DNA of 63,516 nucleotides, the filler included. It is 12 parts of 12 records of this genome, joined end to end, with 100 filler letters (N's around TTAATTAATTAA, not from the genome) between each part and the next. Parts side by side here need not be neighbours in the genome. Positions count along the whole stretch, not along the records: positions 17,770 to 22,665 come from SRR15195285_374; positions 22,766 to 27,633 come from SRR15195285_380; positions 27,734 to 32,634 come from SRR15195285_384; 9 more parts are not named here. One strand, 5' to 3'. The notes under the pieces were generated by a model. The model saw only the letters and a program-made list of their open reading frames with translations. It was not told where the DNA came from and ran no database searches. Below are positions 19,781 through 31,100 of the stretch, one piece after another (position 1 is the first letter of the stretch; every line of letters begins with the position of its first letter). Both the position numbers and the translations under genes were made by a program.

Positions 19781-21511
19781 ATGCACACTGTCACGCCATT
19801 TGCGGACCAGGTACTTCACAGCGTGGTGCGAACAGCTCCGGTGGAGGCTCCGCTGAACAGGGAAGACAGAGAGACAGCAGAGATTTGCAAGGCAGGCCCA
19901 ATAGCATTAGAGTAGGTGGAGAGGTGGGAGAGGGGGTACGAGAAGGCGCCAGGGGCAGAGACCGTGACGGTAGCCGACTCTTCTACGGCAGTCTCTCGCC
20001 GCTGACTCCAACCGACAACCACGATCGCACAAATGTATCTGGTGGTCGGTCCGATTTGAAGAGTTCAACAAGCGATGGAAAATCCATCCGGAGAGGCGTC
20101 GAAGACAGAAGGCAGGCTGATGGCGTAGACAGCGTCAGTGCAGGGATTGATCGATCTGACAGCGGACAGCCTCAGAAAGACCTACTAGGTAGGAGTGAAG
20201 GAAGCCCAGGAATTGGATCTGGCAGTCGTCGCAGAGGAGAAGACTCCCTGTCGGGCGGGAGCAGCAGCGGTATAGCTGAACGGAGGCGGGTATGCTCGAT
20301 TTTCGACCCGGTGCGGAAGGTGTCGACAATTGATCAGCTGGCCAGCTCGGTAGACCACGCGCGGGAGCACGAGCACTTGGTGGTGGTGCTGTTAGCCAAT
20401 CCTTCTTGTGAGCTACCCCCGCCGACCACCCATACGTCACGCATATCATTTGTCAGTCAGCAATTACCTTACATGAATAATGATGCTTCTGTATTGTTTT
20501 GGTGTCCTTTGCCCAAAGGCCCAAAGTGTCGTGAGCTCGTCAAGCAGATGTCGCTCGTTGTTGTGGCAACCACGGAGCAAACTCCGTTCAGCGACGGCGG
20601 AAACTTTGACACGAGGCGGCAACCGCGCGGCTCTGGAGTAGAGGACATTGACGAGGAAGGAGCTACAGGACACGGCGGCAGACAACAACTACAGCCACAC
20701 GAGTCACAGCTTGCGACGTTTGCGCACATCCCATCCTCTGGTTCCGGGGGCCACTGTGCTCATTATATTTGTCCGATCACGGTGACTTTTGCACGTTGTC
20801 TGCAAACTCCCATCGAACTGCGTTCCGCTTGTCATTCGTAGTAATTTGATGACCTGCCTTTGCGCATGTGGCATAGGCACAACGAATGACCGACCCTGTG
20901 TGTGACAAGGATGGCCACGCCTACGAGCGTACGGCTATCTTGCAACGGCTGGCGAACGGCGCTTCTGTTTCACCCATTTCGAAAGCACCACTCACAGCAA
21001 CGGATCTGACGACTGACCACGCTCTAAAGTATTCCTTCGGACCAACCAAAATAGGTTCCACAGACACTTCAATTTGGAGCACAAACATCTTCAGTTTGTT
21101 TTACTGACCGTACTGCTCAATCATCGGAACAGGTATGCGATCAGCAACAGCCACCCATTTGGCAGCCCTGCCACGCGAGCATTGCGGCGCCAGTACCCTT
21201 CTCTGCCAGCACCCCCCGTTTGCGTCTTCCTTCGTCCACGCATCGTCGCACCGGGGGACCCAGCATTTGCCACCGAGGGGCCGCCGCACTTAGCTGGTAC
21301 CGGTGCTCCCGCCCCGGGTTCTGCTGAGCGACTTGGCGGAGGCAGCTCTGCCCTCGAGCAAGCAACTATGGTGCACCGTGTCTCTGGAGATGTGCAACTA
21401 CGTGCGCTGTTCGCACTACGCGAGCAGAAGGAGGATCCAGGTGGCCCGACGACCGAAGCAGTTCCTGAGAGGATGTTGCGCACATGCGAGCGGTTTCGCA
21501 TCCATGGATGA
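19781..21511 (+). CDS. Thioredoxin-fold protein (CPKC) with embedded U-box domain; start uncertain
   Basis: U-box HYICPIT|AQRMTDPVCDKDGHAYERTAILQRL...SPISKAPLTATDLTTDHALK|YAI. Removing intron 20408-20518 creates LVVVLLANPSCPKCRELVKQM. Other introns are 20782-20876 and 21029-21132. A possible first exon is 19781-19810, with intron 19811-19860. Confidence 0.7.
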
Positions 21512-21744
21512 GGAGAATCATAGCATATACTGGCTGACTGAATCATAGTTCCTACTATATATAGACTGAGCCAGTCTAAACCTGACATCACTGCTCAATC
21601 CTCGAGGTCAGGACGCTGCCATGGATGACCAAAGCAATGCATGGAACGCGATTATCACGTAGGCTACAATCATCTTTAGAAGACATGCCACAATCATGAT
21701 GTTGCTTAGTGTCAAGACCTGCTATGCGTTCGAGGGTAATTCGC

Positions 21745-22536
21745 TCACTCCAATTTTCTGCCGAACTCAGCCTCCTCTTCAGACAGCACAGTTGCTAACC
21801 CAGGCGCTTGCAACGGCAGCCACCACAGCCATCTCCGTCGGCCGAGCAGCTTGTCCAAGTTCTGCAATCGCCCTCCACAATCGAACGACATGCCTTTGAG
21901 TTGCTCTACATTCGAAATGTTGTGCATAGCTCGACTGAGATGTCCTGGAAGATAAACACCTGGCAAACCTGTTGTAATCAATGAGCCTAGCAGAGTCGTC
22001 CCCGCAGGCAGCATTAGCAGCACACCTTCGATGTCTAGCTCGGTTCTTAGCACAACCTGAGCTCTGATGACCTCGCTGCTCATTTTCACCATGAGTGCCG
22101 ACGCAATAAATTGGTATATCTGCCACAGCAGAAAGAACTTGTGGTTCGCAGCTCCGACACAGTTGTTGGCAAACACACAGAAATGATCAAACCGCAGCAC
22201 ACAGCGGTCGGCAACACGCGAGTGGTAAGCTCGGGATGGTTTCGCCTCTTCACACTCCTCGCACCGTCGCCCGTGCAAAGTTCCATCGCAATTGTACTGT
22301 CTGAGAAAGGCTTGCACCTGTGGCTCATCGACAAACCCAGGGGATGTCAATACTGTGCGGCAGTAACACCAGATGCCGAGACCCAAGGTGATGTGCCACA
22401 CAGCACACTCCCAGCACTCTGCAGTTGACCAGGCGGAGATGGACGGTGGCCGTGCCAAAGCCAGGCAGCTGAGGGTGCCTGAGTACAGTGTGGGCACGAT
22501 CAGTGCGAACAGGTATGGTCCGGTGATCCGTGGCAT
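21745..22536 (-). CDS. DHHC-family palmitoyl acyltransferase (DHFC variant)
   Basis: CEECEEAKPSRAYHSRVADRCVLRFDHFCVFANNCVGAANHKFF, four TM segments, a TSPG motif and a NISNVE (TTxE-like) motif. ATG at 22536. Confidence 0.9.
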   Translation of the reverse strand: MPRITGPYLFALIVPTLYSGTLSCLALARPPSISAWSTAECWECAVWHITLGLGIWCYCRTVLTSPGFVDEPQVQAFLRQYNCDGTLHGRRCEECEEAKPSRAYHSRVADRCVLRFDHFCVFANNCVGAANHKFFLLWQIYQFIASALMVKMSSEVIRAQVVLRTELDIEGVLLMLPAGTTLLGSLITTGLPGVYLPGHLSRAMHNISNVEQLKGMSFDCGGRLQNLDKLLGRRRWLWWLPLQAPGLATVLSEEEAEFGRKLE

Positions 22537-23298
22537 CGCAGTCCGAGCGCGGCAGCGTGAGCCAGCACGGCGGGCAGACACGCGCGTACGTAGCGCGACG
22601 AGATAGATCAGTACGTAGTACAAGGCTTTTTCATGCAGTCTCAGGGCGCGCCTGCGGCGCGACGCNNNNNNNNNNNNNNNNNNNNNNNNNNNNNNNNNNN
22701 NNNNNNNNNTTAATTAATTAANNNNNNNNNNNNNNNNNNNNNNNNNNNNNNNNNNNNNNNNNNNNGTAATGCGGAATTTGCCACGGTACGGCGATGAGAG
22801 CTCTCATCCCTGTATTGCGGCCACCTGGCTTAGAACTGGTATTTATGATGGCTGAAGTCGAAGAGATTTTGCAGTTCGAGGAGTGATTTCGGACACTTTC
22901 AACTGCATTTTTAAGTACGAGATCATGCCAGAAAATACCCGACCGTTGCTGCTCCCGCCGATCGCGAGGAAGAGGAGCACTTCCGCAATTGCCAATTCGC
23001 GGCACGCGCGTTTGACGCACGCGAGCCGTCTCGAGAAACAGAATTCGAGATTGTTGCAGCATTGTAGGAATTCCTATCAATACATTGATTCTGCAATATG
23101 CATCGGTGAAATCCACCCAAAAAGTACGGTACCTGTACAAGTTTCCCAGTGGGGGCGCCTCGCCATTCAAAATAAATCCCCGCGGTGCATACTAGATAGT
23201 ATTCTTCTTCATACAATTGTATAATACATGCATCTACCATCGCACGCGCGGCCGTGCGTGCGCGACGGATGGGTTTTGCGTGGCGGTAGCCTGAGTCT

Positions 23299-25392
23299 AT
23301 GGGTCTGGGTGTGCGCTGGAAGCCGCTGGTCGGCTTGATGCTGCTCGGCTCGCTGGTGCTGCTGCTCACTCGCCCGGACACCTCGATGCTGCCGGCTGCT
23401 TATCCAGGGTCACACGCACCGGCGGCGGATGAGTTCTCGGCGAGTTCTCGGCCCGCCGCGCCGCCGATGGGCAGCGCCAGCGTGTCCGCGCCCGTGAGCT
23501 GCACAGAGCCATGCCAGCACGGAGGTGTGTGTGTCATGCGGCTGTGCCGCTGTCCGCGTGGCTACGAAGGCTCGGCCTGCCAGACGCGGCTGCCCGCACC
23601 GCCCGCCGAGTGTGGCCCTGCAGCTGCAGTTTCTGGGAAAGTGGCCCAGCTCTGGGAAACAGCGGCGAGCAGCGATGGCCCATCGCGGTGCAAGCCGAGC
23701 TTCCTCATCATTGGCGCGGGCAAGTCTGGGACCTCCTCCCTGTACTACTATCTCGCCGCCCATCCGGCTGTCCACCCAGCTGTGCAGAAGCAGCTGCAGT
23801 TCTTTGACCATGGATACCCTGAAGGACACGTCTCCGGGACAGCGCTCCGTTCCGCGATGGAAACGTACTTCAGCCGCGGCTTCCCTGCAACGATGGTGCG
23901 TGGCGATGCAGCCAGCCTTTTAGACAGTACCGTCTAGGGCATATGACACCGGTGCGCTTGACTCGCCTAAGCTCCATGCTTGCGTGCGTGTCTCGCCCTG
24001 TGGCGTTGAGCAGCCTGACGGTCACATCACGGGAGAGGCCTCCCCGGGCTACATGGTCTACTCCGAAGTGCCTGAACGGATCAAAAGCCAGCTACCGGCC
24101 GTTCGGATTCTCGCCGTGGTGCGAGATCCAGTGACTCGTGCGTTCTCGTCCTACAAGTACAACTACCTCCGGAATCTCCCGCCGGGAGCGCTGCCGATAC
24201 CCTTCGGTGTCATGGTACGGACAACCGTCTGCCATGCCTTGCCTTCCGCATAGTCTGTAAGATTATCGTGGATCTCACGTATCCACAGGTGCGTTGGGAG
24301 ATAGACCGTGTGGTTAACCCGTGCCTAGCGAAGCATGGCTACAAAGATGGTGGGAGGCTGCCTGTCATTGACATCACACGGGACTGCTATGATGTCTTCC
24401 CAATCAAAGTGCAGTACAAGGAGGTAGGAGGAGCCATACCGCTGTGGACTCTCCTGCCCACACTCTGCGTCTAGTTGGCTGTGTTGGCAGCACATCTATT
24501 GCCGCGCATTCACATATTCACCGAATTGCGATCCGCAAATGCCTCGGTAGGTGCGCGATCGATCCAACCCTACCTACACGGAAGACCAGCTGCCACAGCG
24601 TCAGCGGTGCGCTCGTACAACAAATGCGCTACAGCTGTGTCCACGTGCATTCGCTCACCCGCCATCCCATAGCAATTTCACGAGAAGTTAGACAGGCTGT
24701 GTTATGTAGGCTGCGGCTGCATGCATAGAACAGTACGTTCTAGCTCCCCTTGTTGGTTTGGTATATAAGCTTGATGTCCCCCTGCGCTATAGGTTTGTGT
24801 ACAAGGGAATGGTTGGCCGCGGGCTCTACGCGCTGATGATGCAGCACTACTACCGCAGCTTTTCTCCTCACCAAATCAAGCTGGTCTGTACTGAGGCGCT
24901 CTCGACACCTGTCTCTGCGGCGGCACAGATGCGTGGGGTCGGTGAGTGGCTTGGCTTGCGCCCGGGCTTGGACGAGCCTGGCCACTACGACTTCACTGAC
25001 GCAGTCGCAGTTGGCAAGTACAACACTGGGGACAACACAGGCTACGAAAAAACCACCCCATGGGGCAATGACGCGGCTAGTAATGGAGAGGGGGACGAGG
25101 TGGAACCAGATCAGGTCCATCACAAAGTCCCAACGTTAGGCCACAACGCAGAGCTGATTTCGCTCGCGAAAATTGACGAAGGCTCCGAGCGGATGCTGCG
25201 AGGGTAAGACCCCCTCTCTTGTGATATCATTCTAACTTCTGACTTTTCAGCACCCAAGAGATTGGATAGGACAGGGCCTTTTAGTAGTATGCTCGTTGAC
25301 CTCGATGTAGGTTCTTCAAGCCCTTCAACGATCAACTGTTTGCGATGGCAAACCGGAACAAATGCGAGGAATGGCTCTCAAACACCCCATAA
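23299..25392 (+). CDS. Type II membrane sulfotransferase (heparan-sulfate 3-O/NDST-ST-like) with EGF-like domain, 6 exons
   Basis: Signal anchor; [14 protein letters not shown]...[12 protein letters not shown]; 5'-[26 protein letters not shown]; 3'-[18 protein letters not shown]; terminal [13 protein letters not shown]. Exons 23299-23895, 24014-24214, 24289-24423, 24551-24606, 24793-25203, 25311-25392. Confidence 0.85.
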
Positions 25393-25564
25393 CAATTTGA
25401 CCTGGGAGTAGCATTAGTAGTGTGGCATGGAAGGTCGAAGCAGAATTGCAATGGGTGTAATTCATTCGTGGGTGAGCTCGCGGACGGAGCTCTCGAGTAC
25501 AAATGATCATGCCTAGTAGCCAGATTAGTTGTGAAGCACAGATGCTACCGTCCTCTAAGCCCAG

Positions 25565-26958
25565 TCACACCGGATTGTGAGAGCCATCCCATGCAGACAG
25601 ATGCATTACTCTCCGATCTTCAGGGCCGAGTCCGCCGGTGGCTGAATGCCAAACCGACCAGTTGTCTGCCAGGACTATGTCCCCGGGCTCCCATGCATGG
25701 GCATAACATAGTGATGGGTCCACAGCCTTGCGCATCAGCCGCTCGAGTACCTACAGTGCGTGCATCAAGTTTGGCGCCAACGGTTTAAAAATCAGACATT
25801 GCGTGGCACAGGAGATTAGGAAACATCGAGCGGCTGTTCGATGGATGCACGCACTTCGCGGCTCTCGTCTATCGATAGATGTGTACCATCAGCGAGTTCA
25901 ATGTGCCACATGCAACGCGAATGAACCATGAATGCCTTGCGCCCAGTGGCATGGTGCGCCCACACTGCTGGTAGTGTCAGCATTTCCGGATCCTGCTGTG
26001 CGAACGCGGCATCGCTCTGCTCGTACTGCCTGCCAACTTCATTCACGACCCGCAGACCGTTCAAGGACATTGGCAGCCCACGCACCGCTTCGAACGGGTT
26101 CTGGCCATAGTGGACTGTGACGCTCTCGAGCCACTCCCGGTCGCTTGGATCTAGCATCTCGAACGCGCGGACGCCACTGGCGTAAACAGTAGATCCAGGC
26201 TGATAGATAAGTGGTTGTTCAAAGCCGTCGTAATACCACTCCAGCTCGCGGGTTTTGGGGGCCTCGAAGCACTGGAGCGCCGATACAAATGGTGGAGGCG
26301 CGCGATAGAAGGCACCGTCGATGTGCCACTGCAGGACACCACCACCAACAACCTGGGAGTTTCTCAAGTTCTTGTCCTTGCCACCAACGAAACCATCAAA
26401 ACCGAAGTGGTCATGGACCTGCGCCTGACCGAACGCAATTGTACCGCTGAACCCCGGTGTAATATCGACCTCGGCTTCTGACACATGAACAGACGGCGCA
26501 GGTGTGCCAGGTAGCATTACATCGCCCTCGACGTTGCCACCTCCTGTGCTCCCAATGACGCGGCTGAGGTCGCGCCACACACTCGGTGCGGACGGGTCGA
26601 AGCTGTGCGTAAAAGCAGCCAATTCTGCTGGGGTAAGCGACTGCTGATCCTTGAACACCAAGAGTAGGTGTGTGTGCAGCGCCTGCCTAATCGCTGCGAA
26701 CAGTGCTGGCTCCTTCAACGCTACAGCGAGGCTGGGGCATCTTACTACCGCACCGAACCCCGGCCCTGAGCCCAGTGGTGTGACGGAGAGGAGCTCAGAT
26801 CCACCTGAGCCAGCTGCAATCTCTGCGCTGCCGGCGCTGCACAGCACGCGTTGAGACTGCTCTCCAGACCTTTCCAAAGCACCGGTAAGCTCGCACAGGT
26901 GCTCCGCGACGGCTGCGAGGCGGCGTTGGGACGCACTGCCACGACCCATCCAAGCCAT
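25565..26958 (-). CDS. Fe(II)/2-oxoglutarate dioxygenase, TauD family, XanA (xanthine dioxygenase)-like, with PTS2, 2 exons
   Basis: HxD motif in WHIDGAFY. A second exon (25750-25565, absent from the ORF track) gives AHAWEPGDIVLADNWSVWHSATG...RRVMH. Intron 25854-25751. N-terminal RLAAVAEHL. Confidence 0.88.
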
Positions 26959-27260
26959 GTTCCCCTCCCAGGGCGGGACTGCCGGACTGCGTCCAGCGAG
27001 GGTCGAGCGCTGATCCTTGCGGCCACGCGGTACGCACGTCGGCGCGATACGTACCCGGTGCGTCGCTGCGAGCGTGCCGTCCGCCGTCGCACCGTGCGAG
27101 TGGCCACTGGTGCACTGCTGGCAGCGGCTGTGTATAGGCCTATTGCGCAGACGGGGGCACGCAGTCGCACGCGTCGGTGCGCCCGCGGGGATTCCCGCGG
27201 CGGCGGGGAATTTGATGACCTCATTCGCCTCCGCATCACGCCCTCACGCTTAGTGCATGT

Positions 27261-27278
27261 TAGATCTATATAGATCTA
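27261..27278. promoter_or_regulatory. Perfect 18-bp palindrome TAGATCTATATAGATCTA (tandem TAGATCTA)
   Basis: Upstream of the dioxygenase gene. Single TAGATCTA copies occur upstream of other genes at 9134, 32747, 50393 and 54263. Confidence 0.4.
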
Positions 27279-27471
27279 CTCGCGCGTGCTCCGGGATGGC
27301 ACGCCTGCGAGTGCCTTCCGATCCGCCCAACGGTAGAATACAGAATACAGTTGATAAAAAAATTACAAGTACAAACGGTGTTGCCACTCAGCAGCATGTC
27401 TCAGAAATAATCTAAACTATTTCCCTCGTAATGTCGAGTGCGAGGTTGACACACAAGGTGTCAGAGGTAGG

Positions 27472-27537
27472 GCGCTTTGTGGCAACTTCTAAGGTTAGAA
27501 ACTTGTTACCACAAGGTTAGAAGTTGGCACGAAGCGT
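27472..27537. repeat. Imperfect 21-bp inverted repeat (hairpin)
   Basis: The arm GCGCTTTGTGGCAACTTCTAA (27472-27492) matches the reverse complement of 27517-27537 (ACGCTTCGTGCCAACTTCTAA) at 18/21 positions. It lies in an AT-richer non-coding contig end. Confidence 0.6.
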
Positions 27538-28168
27538 GCCTTTTTGGCTAAAAATGACACCGTGCTTAACTATGTCACTTCACGACAGGGGTAAAACGGG
27601 CTTTGCATGAATTCATTCAGAATTCAGCGACTCNNNNNNNNNNNNNNNNNNNNNNNNNNNNNNNNNNNNNNNNNNNNTTAATTAATTAANNNNNNNNNNN
27701 NNNNNNNNNNNNNNNNNNNNNNNNNNNNNNNNNTAAAGCGCTACCTTGTCTTGTCTTGTCTTGCACCTTGCTAGCACAACCTTGGCCCAGTGGACCCGCA
27801 GATAGCCCTGCGTGAGCGACAGTTCTGGTGGCTAGCCCGGCGCGCCAGGCTCAATTGTTCTTTTCCCCCTCCAGGGGGAAAAGAACAAGACCAATTACGG
27901 GATGAAAATGAATTGCTGTGGGGGTCAAGCCCGCCCCGGCCGCGCCCCGGGGCGCGGTTGCCGGCGGCCGGTGGCGCCGGTCGCCGCGCCATCATCCGTA
28001 GGGCTACTATACGTAGCGCCGTCCCCAGGACCCGCCGCCTCCCCGGATGGGGATGCACCCGGCGTCGCACGCGACAGTCAGTTGCCAACTGCTTACGGGT
28101 ACCGGCCGGGAGTGGCATTGTCATCCGTGCATGGCCGCGTCGGATAAGCGCCCGCGGTGCAACTGCTG

Positions 28169-31100
28169 ATGGCTTCGGAGGTACCCGTTGGACTGGAGGT
28201 TGACAATTCTAGAACGCCGTCGGGTGGCATGGCTGTGACAGACGGGACTTGGGTGTACTCCGCACGTCGTCTAGACGGACCAGAAGAGCCGATGCAGCCG
28301 AATGGTGAAGCCCACCGGGACCGCCGTCGAGGACGACCACAATCAAGGACGTTGCTGGAGGCAGTCAGTGCGATGTCTTCAGGAGAAATGGCTGGGCAGC
28401 GCAGCAGTTTACCTGACTTCAACAGGCCTATACCACCTCGGGAGACAGCATTTGCCGGCGAGCAGCCACCCATTCCCGAAATCCCCCCTCCGGGAGTCCC
28501 ACGAGCGGCAGCAGTACCACTGTGTGGCTCGAGCGAACCGGTACTGTCCGCTGAGCCCTCGTCTCCACTGTCGGCTGCAACAGCGTCGTTGGGGGCAGTG
28601 AAGGTCCCAGCTTCGCCGGCTGACGCACCATTTGCGTTCGTTCGTGAAGTGCGCCCATATTTCCTCGACAAACCGCGGCTCAAACTGCAACATCGTGTTG
28701 GTGAGTTGCTATTTCACAGCGCCAACAGGCATGGCGTTGCCGACGGCATTGGGGCCAAAAGTGGAGGCTCCGAGAGGCGGAAAGTTGCCGTCGAGCTGGT
28801 GCATTGGCTGCCATTTGACGAGCCCGAATCAGGTCAGATCAAGCGCTGGAAAGCTCACGCGATCTGTACTCGATCATTTCAAGACACGCACGAGTCTCAG
28901 AAACGACGATCCGCTCCTACTGCATCCGCACAAAGCGACCAAGCTGCTGCAGACAAGATGCCGGTCCAAGGAGCCACACCGCGCGGGCAGAAGGAGTTCT
29001 ACCTACTGGCGATCCCAAAGGGCGAAATTGCAAAGCTGCAGGTGAGTGAGGAACCATAGATGATTTTCACGCATGTCTATCTAACCTGCTGGTCCACAAC
29101 CGCTCCGATAATATTGGTGCCCTGAAATGCGTCGATATTACAATTCCTGTGTGTGGTTCAGCTGAGCGCCGGTGACAAGCTGATGTTTCGGCAGCGCCTT
29201 CAGAGGAATACTGCCACTGAAGATGGCATTCAGATGATGGTGTGCTCGACTGCGACAGCTAGGCACATGGACAGCACAAGTTTCGCCAGTTCTTCTGCAG
29301 CGGTTGATACTGCAGCCACATCGTCCATTCCCGGCCGGCAGCAGCCACAGCAAAACGGCGAAGTACAGAACGTTCACATGTTAGAAAGCGGGCATCGTCT
29401 TGGCAATCAACGTGGCAAAAAGCGCTCCCGTGAGCGTCTGGAGAGCAACGAAGAGTACTCAGCGTCAGGAGCCAATATGGATACGACTATAGCGAGTCAT
29501 TCGGCGGGCAGACGTGTAATCGAAACTGTTCGTGATATCGACGAGCGCAAGCAGGAACTGGAGAACGGCTCCGGGATTCTGCTGAATGCATCTGAGCTTG
29601 CTGCGGTTGCCTCCTTGCATCGACACATCGGTGGCTCCTTCAAAGACAGGTGAGAAACTGATGGTTGGAACGTTCTGCAACATATCTCGATCTGCCAAGG
29701 CATAATCACTGCGTCATCATTACGTCGCCATCCTGGAATTTGACCGAGTTCTGTGTGGAGCAGGCCCCGTTTTGTTGTTCCCCCAGCGTTCGGAAAAGCA
29801 ATTTGTGCCCCGTCGACAGGACCACAGGTAGATAAGCGGAAAATTCACGTCTGCGTTCACTCGAGAGGCGGCATTTCGTCTATGGAGACAGTCATGACTG
29901 TAAGTCGCGTGCGCGCCAAAGCTGCCGCACGCCCTGCAGGAAGTGCACAACCAGAGACCTGGACTCTATCGCTCGCAAAGAAGGATGCAAGGAGACTGCA
30001 GCTCGCAGCTGGCGATCAGCTACGACTGAAACATGAGGGTGAACGCCATAGCCTTCGATTTAGTGCAGAGGTGTCGTCACCAGTAGCGTTGGCGACCAAC
30101 GCACTTGGAAGCAGTAGGAGCCAGAGACAGAATCCACGGCGATTGCTTCGGCGGTTTGCCACGAGCACGTGCACGCTTCCGAACCCTGAGCCACTTCAAA
30201 CTCAGACGGCCTGCAGTGACGATGCTACGCCGGTATCTATTGGGTCATTGCGGACGACAGCAGCACATGTCGCCATACCGATACAGATAAATGGTGTTGC
30301 CGACAGCAATGCTGACGTCTCGGCCCATTTAGCCCAACCACTGCTGTCATTTAGCAAGGCAGTTCTACCGACCTTTCTTAAGACTGGTCGATGCAAGCTT
30401 GCGGCGAGTGTAGGTGCGCAGATATGTTTCGGCGCTCACTCCGAGGACAAACCACTTGAGGTTACAGTGCTCGGCCAGTCAACTTGCCCGGGCACAGTGA
30501 GTATTGCTTCCGCTGGCGATGAAAGCAAGGGCAGCAGCAGCACGACGCCAGGAGTAGCCGCGGATGCTGCCGATGGTGGTGGCTGCAACGGTGCCACCAT
30601 GGTTATACGTGGATGTGTGTTCCGGGAGGTGATGACCACCACAGCCCGGGGTGCTCAGCAGATCTACCAGCTGACGTTCAGACAGAAAGACCTTAGGCAG
30701 CTCAATCTTTCCGTTGGTGATACGATGGAGTTCACCGCCCTCCCGGCCGAAACCAGTGGCGGGGCAGACGGTCACGCGGACACAAGGACCAACGACATGC
30801 GTTTCAAGATGCGGATACGATCATCACCTTCCACCGCCTGTGTTGCCGTAGAGGATCATGTAGCGCGAATGCAAGACAACCTGGGGCCTGCCGTGTGTTC
30901 TGTCGCCGGTGCGCTTGCCGCAGACAGAGGTGGTAGCGAGCAACCCAGCGCCCAGAGCTGGAAAACTAATGGTTCAGACGCGATGATCATGGTGTATGGG
31001 TCTGCTTGCCTCCAACCATGGTCTAAGCAGATCAGTGCCAACTTTTTGAAGGAGGGGCGACTCAAAGTGCCGAAGAACTGGGGAGCGAGCTTCCTGCTAT

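Noticed and set aside
22883-23224. 113-aa ORF in an AT-richer contig start, considered as a transposon remnant
   Set aside because: No transposase or RT motifs and no coding-like codon bias.
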